This document shows positions 15,195-22,878 of a DNA stretch of 24,000 nt, in pieces (position 1 is the stretch's first letter; every line of letters begins with the position of its first letter). The DNA lies in the NCBI RefSeq assembly GCF_003576375.1, contig NZ_QWGE01000006.1, positions 67,704-91,703 on the forward strand, given 5' to 3'. The position numbers and the translations under genes were made by a program. The notes under the pieces are model-generated. The model had not been told where the DNA came from. It did not search any database and worked only from the letters and a program-made list of their open reading frames with translations. Source of the stretch: Pontibacter oryzae. Its GTDB lineage: Bacteria > Bacteroidota > Bacteroidia > Cytophagales > Hymenobacteraceae.

Positions 15195-16058
15195 TTACTT
15201 CTTCTTCACCTCATACATTACCTCGGCCATCACCGGGAAATGATCCGAAGGGAAAAGGCCATTGGCGTAGGTGTCCGTCAGGATGCCATACTTGCTGACG
15301 CTAAAATCCGGGCTGAGCCAGATGTGGTCGATGCGTTCGTCGGTTTGGCGGGTGGCCTCAAAGGCATTGAAAGTGCCGCGCGGTGCATAGCGGAATTTAG
15401 CCAGTTGGTAAGCTGCCTTCAGGTTGCTACCGTCGCTCATGGCTTTATACTTTTCGTCGTGCTGGCTAAAATTAAAGTCGCCGGTAAGTATAACAGGCGC
15501 TTTTCCGGCAATCTCTTTTATCTTTCGCTGCACCAGCTTTACGCTTTCCTTGCGGGCCTGCTCGCCACGGTGATCGAAATGCACATTGAACAGGTAAAAA
15601 GTATAACCCGTGCCAAGTTCCCGAAACTGCCCCCACGAACACACGCGCGGGTAATCAGCATCCCAACCCTTGCCTGGCTTATCAGGCGTTTCTGAGAGCC
15701 AAAAGTTGCCTTGCTTCAGCAGTTTATACTTATCCTTTTTATAAAATACGGCCGCATACTCGCCTTTTTCCTTGCCATCGTCGCGGCCCACGCCAATATA
15801 ATTGTACCCCGTAAGTTCTTTAGCCATGCCTTGCAGCTGGTGGTGCATTACCTCCTGCGTCCCAAACATATCAAAATCATTAAACTGCACCAGCCCGGAT
15901 ATAATAGGCAAACGATTGTTCCAGGCATTCACGGTATCGTTTACATTATCGTAGCGGATGTTGTAGGTGGCCACGCGCATGGTTTGAGCCTGTGTAAGTA
16001 CAGAGGCACTGCAGAACAGCAACACCAGGCTGGCAAAGTATAAGGCTTTACTTATCAT
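15195..16058 (-). CDS. Secreted endonuclease/exonuclease/phosphatase (EEP) family protein
   Basis: Signal peptide (ASLVLLFCSASVLTQAQ). EEP blocks: RVATYNIRYDN, FGTQEV, NVHFDHRG, TGDFN, IDHIW and SDHFPV. Confidence 0.85.
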   Translation of the reverse strand: MISKALYFASLVLLFCSASVLTQAQTMRVATYNIRYDNVNDTVNAWNNRLPIISGLVQFNDFDMFGTQEVMHHQLQGMAKELTGYNYIGVGRDDGKEKGEYAAVFYKKDKYKLLKQGNFWLSETPDKPGKGWDADYPRVCSWGQFRELGTGYTFYLFNVHFDHRGEQARKESVKLVQRKIKEIAGKAPVILTGDFNFSQHDEKYKAMSDGSNLKAAYQLAKFRYAPRGTFNAFEATRQTDERIDHIWLSPDFSVSKYGILTDTYANGLFPSDHFPVMAEVMYEVKKK

Positions 16059-16117
16059 GGGTATTGGTTTAAGTATAATTTGAGCCTACAAAAAGGCATT
16101 CTAAGGCTTAAGGTAGC

Positions 16118-16357
16118 ACTTTTGCCTCACCTGCCAAAGTATAACTGCTCTCGCTGGTGCGAGCTTGCAGCTCGTACCTTAAAACGCAATGCATTATGCT
16201 GCTTTTCATCTGACTTAAGAAGAGTACGAGCTATAAGCTCGCACCAGCCTACAAATTTTACAGATTTGTCTACTTACTTAATCAAGGGCATGGCAATCAT
16301 TTCCGAAAGTCTCTCATAGCTTTAAGCCAACTTTTCCCCGTACCTGCCAAAGTATAA
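16118..16357. repeat. Direct repeat pair ACTTTT-N6/7-CCTGCCAAAGTATAA in the EEP/priA intergenic region
   Basis: The exact 16-mer ACCTGCCAAAGTATAA occurs at 16129-16144 and 16342-16357. Each copy is preceded by ACTTTT 6-7 nt upstream, and the copies are about 213 bp apart. Confidence 0.8.
16154..16247. repeat. Pair of REP-like palindromic elements in inverted orientation
   Basis: CTGGTGCGAGCTTGCAGCTCGTAC (16154-16177) matches the reverse complement of GTACGAGCTATAAGCTCGCACCAG (16224-16247) at 22/24. Each arm is itself a hairpin (CGAGCT-NNN-AGCTCG). Confidence 0.75.
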
Positions 16358-16444
16358 ATCAGCACTGCGCACTTCGGGGGCTGCCCGCTAAGAACAATCA
16401 TCATTTTTTACGACCTTTGCAAAGAGCTAAAAGTATAATCACCC

Positions 16445-18976
16445 TTGTCTGAGTTACTGAACTTTAATTACCCGCCAGAGCCAAGCACAGATCGCGTTAC
16501 GCTGTTTGCCGACGTGATACTTCCGCTGCCTTTGCCCAAGCTTTACACCTACCGCATCCCTTACGAGATGAACGACGAGGTGCTGGTGGGCGTGCGGGTA
16601 ATTGTACAGTTCGGGGCCAAAAAGGTACTAAGCTGCATCGTAGCCGACATCCACGAAAATGCCCCCGCCGATTACCAAGCCAAGTATATCCTGGATGTGC
16701 TGGATGATAAACCTATCATCACGAAACCGCAGCTGCGCCTTTTTAAATGGATCGCCGATTACTACATGTGCACGCTTGGCGAGGTGATCAATGCCGCACT
16801 GCCATCTGCACTTAAACTCAGCAGTGAGTCTCGGATACAGCTGCACCCGCATTACAACCCCGAGGAAGACGAGCTTATACTTGCCCCGCAGGAGGAAAAA
16901 ATCATTTTTGCGCTGAACAACAACCAAGCGCTAACGTTTACAGAGGTAGGCAACTTGCTGCAGCTCAAGAGCTACCATAAGTTTATCAAGTCGCTGATCC
17001 AGAAGGAGGCGATCATTATTTATGAGCAGGTAAGCGATAAGTTCTCGCCTAAAGTGGTAAAGAAAATTCGCCTTACAGAGCATTTTGTGCAGGAAGAAGG
17101 CTTACTGGAAGAGCTCTTTAACCAGCTCACGCCGCAGCCCAAGCAACTAGACGTGCTCCTGAATTACCTGCAACTCGTGCCTGTGCACCAGGACATTAAC
17201 CTGAACTACCGCGGCACCGAGAAAAGCGCCCTGACCAATAACCCGCACCTCTCCGCCTCCTCCATCAACACGCTCATTAAAAAAGGCGTGCTGGAGCAGT
17301 TCGACCAGATCGTGTCGCGGTTTCCGATGGAGCATGGCAACCAGCAGCTCCCTATGGCGCTGTCGGAGCACCAGTTGCAAGCCAAGGATGAGATCCTGGG
17401 CTTGTTTAAGGAGAAAGATACGGTGCTGCTGCATGGCGTAACCGGCAGTGGCAAAACCGAAGTATACATCGACCTGATAAAGCACGCCCTTGACAGCGGC
17501 GGCCAGGTGTTATACTTGCTGCCCGAGATTGCCCTCACAGCCCAAATCGTAACGCGCCTGATGAAGGTCTTCGGCGACAAACTGGGCATATACCACTCCA
17601 AGTTCTCCGACAACGAGCGCGCCGAAGTATGGCAAGGTATACTTTCGGGCCGTTTTCAGGTGATTGTCGGGGTGCGCTCGTCCATCTTTCTGCCTTTTCA
17701 TGATTTATCGTTGGTGATAATTGATGAGGAGCACGAGCCAAGCTACAAACAATACGACCCGGCGCCGCGCTACAATGCCCGCGAAACCGGTCTGATGATG
17801 GCGCACCTGCAAGGCGCTAAAACGCTGCTGGGCTCGGCCACGCCATCCATAGAAAGCTATTACAACTGCAAAACCGGCCGCTGGGGTTTGGTAAGTATGA
17901 CCAAGCGTTTCGGGGAGGCCAAACTGCCGGAAATTGAACTGGTGGATACGCGCCGCGAGCAGCAGCGCAAGAATATGCACAGTCACTTTTCGGCCAAACT
18001 ACTCACCGAGATCGAGGAGCGCCTCAAGCGCCAGGAGCAGGTAATCCTGTTCCAGAACCGCCGTGGCTACGCCCCGTTCATCAGCTGCGACGAGTGCTCA
18101 TGGATTCCGAAGTGTAAATTCTGTGCCGTAAGCCTGTCGTACCACAAGTATAACAATGAGCTGCGCTGCCACTATTGTGGCTACCACGAGCGCATGCCCC
18201 ACGACTGCCCCGCCTGCGGTGCCACCACGCTTAAAAGTATGGGTTTCGGTACGGAGAAGGTAGAAGACGAGCTGAAACTGATGCTGCCCAGCGCCGAGGT
18301 GCAGCGCATGGACCTGGACACGACCAAGAAGAAAAACAGTTACCAGCAGATCATTTCTGATTTTGAGAGCGGCCGCACCAACGTGCTGGTGGGTACCCAA
18401 ATGGTTACCAAAGGCCTCGATTTTGAGAATGTAAGTTTGGTGGGCATACTTAATGCCGATACCATCATCAACTTCCCGGATTTCCGGGCGCATGAGCGGG
18501 CGTACCAACTGTTTGTGCAGGTTAGCGGGCGTGCAGGCCGAAAGGGCAAGCCGGGTTCGGTTATCATCCAAACCCGCGACCCGCTGCAGCCAATTTTCAA
18601 TAAAGTACGCAGCAACGATTATTCTACTCTTTACGAGCATGAGATTGAGGAGCGCATGCGTTTCGGCTACCCGCCCTTTACCCGCATGATCCGGATTACG
18701 GTAAAGCATGCCGATGATAAAGCAGCCGAGAACGCCGCTATTGTGCTCACCAAAGACCTCTCTGATCGCTTAGGCAAGCAGCAGGTACTGGGGCCGGAGG
18801 TGCCCTATATCTTCAAGATCCGTAATCTGTTTCTGCAGGAAATCCATATAAAACTGCCCCGCGATTCCACAAACCTAAAAGCAGCCAAAAGCCAAATCGC
18901 GCAGGCCATCTTCAACCTGAAGCTGCTCGCTGATTTTAAGGGTATTCGGGTTGTGGCGGATGTGGACCCGGTGTAG
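16445..18976 (+). CDS. priA: Primosomal protein N' (replication restart helicase PriA)
   Basis: 843 aa. It has an N-terminal 3'-DNA-binding region (FADVILPLPLPKLYTYRIP), Walker A LHGVTGSGKTEVY, DEEH (IIDEEHEPSYKQ) and the Cys-rich zinc region (CDECSWIPKCKFC...CHYCG...CPACG). It uses a TTG start at 16445. Confidence 0.92.
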   Translation: MSELLNFNYPPEPSTDRVTLFADVILPLPLPKLYTYRIPYEMNDEVLVGVRVIVQFGAKKVLSCIVADIHENAPADYQAKYILDVLDDKPIITKPQLRLFKWIADYYMCTLGEVINAALPSALKLSSESRIQLHPHYNPEEDELILAPQEEKIIFALNNNQALTFTEVGNLLQLKSYHKFIKSLIQKEAIIIYEQVSDKFSPKVVKKIRLTEHFVQEEGLLEELFNQLTPQPKQLDVLLNYLQLVPVHQDINLNYRGTEKSALTNNPHLSASSINTLIKKGVLEQFDQIVSRFPMEHGNQQLPMALSEHQLQAKDEILGLFKEKDTVLLHGVTGSGKTEVYIDLIKHALDSGGQVLYLLPEIALTAQIVTRLMKVFGDKLGIYHSKFSDNERAEVWQGILSGRFQVIVGVRSSIFLPFHDLSLVIIDEEHEPSYKQYDPAPRYNARETGLMMAHLQGAKTLLGSATPSIESYYNCKTGRWGLVSMTKRFGEAKLPEIELVDTRREQQRKNMHSHFSAKLLTEIEERLKRQEQVILFQNRRGYAPFISCDECSWIPKCKFCAVSLSYHKYNNELRCHYCGYHERMPHDCPACGATTLKSMGFGTEKVEDELKLMLPSAEVQRMDLDTTKKKNSYQQIISDFESGRTNVLVGTQMVTKGLDFENVSLVGILNADTIINFPDFRAHERAYQLFVQVSGRAGRKGKPGSVIIQTRDPLQPIFNKVRSNDYSTLYEHEIEERMRFGYPPFTRMIRITVKHADDKAAENAAIVLTKDLSDRLGKQQVLGPEVPYIFKIRNLFLQEIHIKLPRDSTNLKAAKSQIAQAIFNLKLLADFKGIRVVADVDPV

Positions 18977-19010
18977 TAGCTTAAAACCATCAATTTTAAA
19001 TTACGCAATT

Positions 19011-19844
19011 ATGCCAGCCGATATATATCCTGCTAGTATAAAACCAAGGTTTGACTTCTGTGTCCTAATCCCGTGTTACAATAACTTCGATGGGTTAGTT
19101 CGATCCATCAACAGTATTGTTTATAGCACACACAGGTTTTGTGTAGTGATTGTAGATGATGGCAGCCAAATGCCTGTAACTGCAGCTGCCATTCATCAGT
19201 ATTGCGATCCCAAAATTGAAATATACACATTACGTCTGCCTTCAAATAGCGGGATAACTCATGCACTGAATATAGGCCTAGAATGGATCTCTGCTCACAT
19301 AGCAGTTAATTACATAGCTAGGCTGGATTGTGGGGATATCTGCTTAAAGGATAGATTTATTCTGCAAATTAAGTTACTCCAAGCAAACCCAAGTATAGGC
19401 TTAGTGGGCAGTTGGTGCACTTTTCAATCTAAGGATAAATCGGTAAGCTATCTATATACTACCCCAACGTATCATTCAGAAATATCCCGCGCTATGCACT
19501 ACAGAAACGTGTTTATACATCCTACGGTAATGTTTCGGGCAAATCTTTTAAAAGTTACGGGCTACTATCCACAGAACTATGATTATGTTGAAGATTATGC
19601 ACTATTTTGGGATATGCTAAAAAATTCAGACACTCAGATTATTAGTAAGCCCCTAGTAATTTGCGAAATTAACCCTGCTGGAATTTCTATGAGTAACCGC
19701 AGAGGCCAGCTTTTGGGTAGGATTCGTGTAGTATCACAGTATGGAACTAGATGGTCGCATAAAATGCTAGGCACGCTAAAGCTATGGATGCTCATGCTGC
19801 TGCCCTATAAGTTTTTGATAAAGCTTAAAGCAAATCTGAAATAA
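19011..19844 (+). CDS. Glycosyltransferase family 2
   Basis: VLIPCYNNFDGLVRSINSI...VVIVDDGS is the GT2 N-terminal signature, with ARLDCGD as the DXD-like motif. ATG 19011 is preferred over the ORF-track start at 18951, which would overlap priA. Confidence 0.8.
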   Translation: MPADIYPASIKPRFDFCVLIPCYNNFDGLVRSINSIVYSTHRFCVVIVDDGSQMPVTAAAIHQYCDPKIEIYTLRLPSNSGITHALNIGLEWISAHIAVNYIARLDCGDICLKDRFILQIKLLQANPSIGLVGSWCTFQSKDKSVSYLYTTPTYHSEISRAMHYRNVFIHPTVMFRANLLKVTGYYPQNYDYVEDYALFWDMLKNSDTQIISKPLVICEINPAGISMSNRRGQLLGRIRVVSQYGTRWSHKMLGTLKLWMLMLLPYKFLIKLKANLK

Positions 19845-20011
19845 AATTAACTGTCAGTTCCAAAACTATGTCGAAACACTAAAATTCTGATAAGAACAAA
19901 AAAAGTTAAGATTACCTACTTTATCTCATTAGAAAATTGCTACTTTTGTGTAAGTAAGGATTTCAGACTAAACAGAGCCTATTCTAAAATCTTTACTTTA
20001 TAAACAAACTT

Positions 20012-21118
20012 ATGATCATAGTACACGTTGTTGAGCCCTTTGCTGCGGGGGTCGCAGTTTTCGTAAAATCCCTTACGGAAACAATGCCTGAAGAGTTACA
20101 TATAGTAATTCACGGTGAGAGAAAGCATGTCATGTCGGCAAAAGAGGTCAAACTTACCTTCCCTAAAAATAACGTTCGCTTCATACACTGGAAATCTGCC
20201 CAGCGATCAGTTAATCCCAAAAAAGATTTACTGGCCTTAGGGGAACTATACAAAATTTTAAGAAGGCTTAAACAAAAAAAACTTGTAGATGCAGTTCATC
20301 TACACTCTTCTAAGAGTGGTCTTTTAGGGCGTGTTGCCTGCCGTATGGCTGGAATAAAGCAAGTAATTTACACCCCTAATGGTGCTCCATTTTTGTCTGG
20401 AGGGAATATGTTAAGCAACTTCGTTTACATGCAACTAGAAAGGTTCGGCAGTAAGGTAGCTGGGTCAGTAGTTTGTTGCTCTGTTTCAGAGCTCCAGGAA
20501 TATGAAAAAAGAGGAATCAAAGCATCCTATATAAGTAACGGTATTTCTTTGCCTAATGCATTAGAAGTAACCAAGCCCCAGAATGCTAAAAGTAAATTCC
20601 AGATTATTACAACCGGAAGAATCGAGGGACAAAAAAACCCACAGCTTTTCAACGAGATAGCCTCATATTTTGAAGAGTTTGATCAGTTTGAGTTTATCTG
20701 GGCCGGTGACGGAGTTGAGCGTTCTGTACTTACAGCAAGTAATATTAAAGTTACAGGGTGGGTTCCTTCTCAACAAATAAAGAAACTCGTCACGCAAGCC
20801 GATATCTACCTTTCTACATCTGTTTTCGAAGGGCTTTCATTTGGAGTGCTTGAAGCTTTAGCATTTAAAAAACCTGTATTACTAAGCCAATGTGTCGGTA
20901 ATAAAGATGTTGTAAAAAGAGGCATCAACGGCGACATATTTAAAAATCAAACCGAGGCTGTTGTCAAAATATTAAGCTATTTTAATAACCGCGACATGGT
21001 CAATGTGATGGGCCAGCACTCATACGATATTTGCAAATCGGAATTTGACATGTTCCGAAACTTCAGATTGTATAAAAATATTTATCAAGGCCTTCCTATT
21101 TTCTCTCTAGCCTCCTAG
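20012..21118 (+). CDS. Glycosyltransferase family 4/1 (GT-B fold)
   Basis: 368 aa. The start is N-terminal IIVHVVEPFAAGV. The C-terminal half carries EGQKNP, a Glycos_transf_1 pattern with the EX7E-like FEGLSFGVLEALA, and KPVL...G. Confidence 0.8.
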   Translation: MIIVHVVEPFAAGVAVFVKSLTETMPEELHIVIHGERKHVMSAKEVKLTFPKNNVRFIHWKSAQRSVNPKKDLLALGELYKILRRLKQKKLVDAVHLHSSKSGLLGRVACRMAGIKQVIYTPNGAPFLSGGNMLSNFVYMQLERFGSKVAGSVVCCSVSELQEYEKRGIKASYISNGISLPNALEVTKPQNAKSKFQIITTGRIEGQKNPQLFNEIASYFEEFDQFEFIWAGDGVERSVLTASNIKVTGWVPSQQIKKLVTQADIYLSTSVFEGLSFGVLEALAFKKPVLLSQCVGNKDVVKRGINGDIFKNQTEAVVKILSYFNNRDMVNVMGQHSYDICKSEFDMFRNFRLYKNIYQGLPIFSLAS

Positions 21119-21139
21119 GCGATTTATATTATTTACTTT

Positions 21140-21508
21140 ATGAGTACATTACTTTTTCAAGAATTCAGCTCTCCCACTGATTCTTCAATGGAGAATATCC
21201 ACAATACTTTAGAGTTGATTCAGCAAAAGCTGCTACAAGAGATCGAAGCAAAACAATTCACAATTAAAACCCTCGAAAATAAGTTAGGGAGGCTCGAATC
21301 TATCATAGACGGCAACCAACAACTAATTAGTACGCTTTACGCAGAACTGAATCAAAACCAAAGATCAACGGAAGGTAACAGGCAGTTAGTAAACAAGTTG
21401 CTCAATGACATTGATCGCTTACAACAGGATATAGAGTGGTATAAGCGAACTTATGAGAACAGAAGTATGATAGGGATTTTAAGAGAGAAGATATTTGGAA
21501 GAAAGTAA
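21140..21508 (+). CDS. Small coiled-coil protein with a WY(K/R)RTYE-type C-terminal tail
   Basis: 122 aa with a heptad-rich, Q/L/E-rich sequence. The last ~30 aa (DIEWYKRTYENRSMIGILREKIFGRK) are paralogous to the C-terminus of the next gene. Confidence 0.6.
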   Translation: MSTLLFQEFSSPTDSSMENIHNTLELIQQKLLQEIEAKQFTIKTLENKLGRLESIIDGNQQLISTLYAELNQNQRSTEGNRQLVNKLLNDIDRLQQDIEWYKRTYENRSMIGILREKIFGRK

Positions 21509-21511
21509 AGC

Positions 21512-22846
21512 ATGATACCTAAAATTATACACTACTGCTGGTTTGGAGGGGCTGAAATACCCTTAGAGTATCAAAAGTATATTGCAGAATGGCAAGAGCT
21601 TCACCCTGAATGGGAGATAAAGAGATGGGATGAGCTTAACTTTCCATTAGATAACACTTATATAAAAAACGCAATTGAATCAAGCCATTGGGCTAATGCA
21701 AGTAACTATGCTAGGCTAAGAGTACTGGAATTATATGGCGGAGTTTACTTAGATACCGATGTTAAACTCTTGAAACCAATTGATGCACTGTTAAACGACA
21801 AGTGCTTTATTGGTTTTGAAGAGGGGGATGCGGATAACAACACATTTTGGGTGAACAATGCTGTGATGGGCTCTGTAGCATCTCACTCTTTAATTTCTAG
21901 ATGCGCTGCGAAAATAGTTTCCGATTTTGATGGCACAGAACGAGCAAATGAATCTGCACCTAAACTTGTTACAAAGCTACTGATTGAAGAATATGGCTTA
22001 AAAAATTATGGCCGTCAGCAGTTATCTGATGGAATCAAGTTATACAATAAAGAAGTCTTTTACCCTATTCCTTGGAACTACGCTAAGAACGTGCGGAATT
22101 ATGAGCAGTTCCTATATTCCGATACCCTTGCAGTGCACATGTGGGGAAGGACATGGTTTAGCAGAGAAATGATGCTAGATATGATCGATAATTTGCAAGA
22201 GTGGTCAGGTGAACAGCAGCAACTTATCACAGACCTCAAAGCCAAGCTAGAGCAAGGACAGATAGTTGAGGCAGCTATAAATCAGCTCCAGAATAACCTT
22301 AGTGCTGATAACAACAAAGTATTTACTACACTTCAAGAGCAACATACATTAGTATGTGCTAGTCTTCAAAAGTTTAATGAGGTATACACTTCACAAAACG
22401 AGGAGGCATCTTTGCTGCGCCAAACACTCCATGACAGACAAGAAGAGATATCTCTGCTGCACCAAAAACTACACGATAGACAGGAGGAGATATCTCTGCT
22501 ACACCAAAAACTACACAGCAGACTAGAAGAGATATCTCTGCTGCACCAAAAACTACACAGCAGACAAGATGAAATATCTTTATTGAGCCAGAAACTTCAT
22601 GGCCAACAGGGGGAAATATCTCTGCTACACCAAAAATTACATGACAAACAGAAGGAGATATCACTTCAAGATCAAAAACTGCATGACAGGCAGGAGGAAA
22701 TGGATACTTGCCAGTCTCATTTAAGCCAAGCGTTATCTGCAATAGATAGCAAGGAAAATGACATACAGTGGTATAGAAGAACTTATGAGCAGAGAAGCTT
22801 GATAGGCATTCTAAAGCAAAGAATCACTAGCTATTTCAGAGGATAA
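21512..22846 (+). CDS. GT32-type (Gly_transf_sug, DXD) glycosyltransferase fused to a long repeat-built coiled coil and a conserved tail
   Basis: The N-terminus IPKIIHYCWFGG...W..LHPEWEIKRWDE...NYARLRVLELYGGVYLDTDV is the sugar-binding DXD glycosyltransferase signature. Residues ~297-394 are 14-aa tandem repeats. The C-terminus is DIQWYRRTYEQRSLIGILKQRITSYFRG. Confidence 0.8.
   Translation: MIPKIIHYCWFGGAEIPLEYQKYIAEWQELHPEWEIKRWDELNFPLDNTYIKNAIESSHWANASNYARLRVLELYGGVYLDTDVKLLKPIDALLNDKCFIGFEEGDADNNTFWVNNAVMGSVASHSLISRCAAKIVSDFDGTERANESAPKLVTKLLIEEYGLKNYGRQQLSDGIKLYNKEVFYPIPWNYAKNVRNYEQFLYSDTLAVHMWGRTWFSREMMLDMIDNLQEWSGEQQQLITDLKAKLEQGQIVEAAINQLQNNLSADNNKVFTTLQEQHTLVCASLQKFNEVYTSQNEEASLLRQTLHDRQEEISLLHQKLHDRQEEISLLHQKLHSRLEEISLLHQKLHSRQDEISLLSQKLHGQQGEISLLHQKLHDKQKEISLQDQKLHDRQEEMDTCQSHLSQALSAIDSKENDIQWYRRTYEQRSLIGILKQRITSYFRG
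22400..22693 (+). repeat. Seven in-frame 42-bp tandem repeats (14-aa unit, consensus EEISLLHQKLHDRQ), followed by a degenerate eighth
   Basis: Units start at 22400, 22442, 22484, 22526, 22568, 22610 and 22652. Units 2-4 are nearly identical at the DNA level (gaagagatatctctgctgcaccaaaaactacac...). Confidence 0.9.
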
Positions 22847-22878
22847 AGTCAAAAAGCAAAATAGTAAATATTACATAC

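Noticed and set aside
12940-16058. Toxin, effector or integrase gene associated with the cassette array
   Set aside because: I looked on both strands around the array. The flanking genes are an M28 peptidase and an EEP-family enzyme with ordinary secreted-enzyme features. No tyrosine-recombinase motifs and no toxin domains are present in the window.
16080-16319. 79-aa plus-strand ORF in the EEP/priA intergenic region
   Set aside because: It reads directly through the REP-like palindromes and one copy of the 16-mer direct repeat. It uses a non-ATG start and has odd composition. The repeats explain the sequence better than coding does.
16417-16439. Sigma-70-like TTGCAA ... TATAAT upstream of priA
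   Set aside because: The spacer is only 11 bp, and the TATAAT lies 5 nt from the proposed TTG start. Bacteroidota promoters use TTG/TAnnTTTG. The TATAAT is simply part of an AAGTATAA motif copy.
22374-22742. 122-aa minus-strand ORF opposite the tandem repeats
   Set aside because: It is an artefact of the 42-bp periodicity, which keeps the antisense frame open. Its product is itself a meaningless repeat (VFGAAEISLLVC...).
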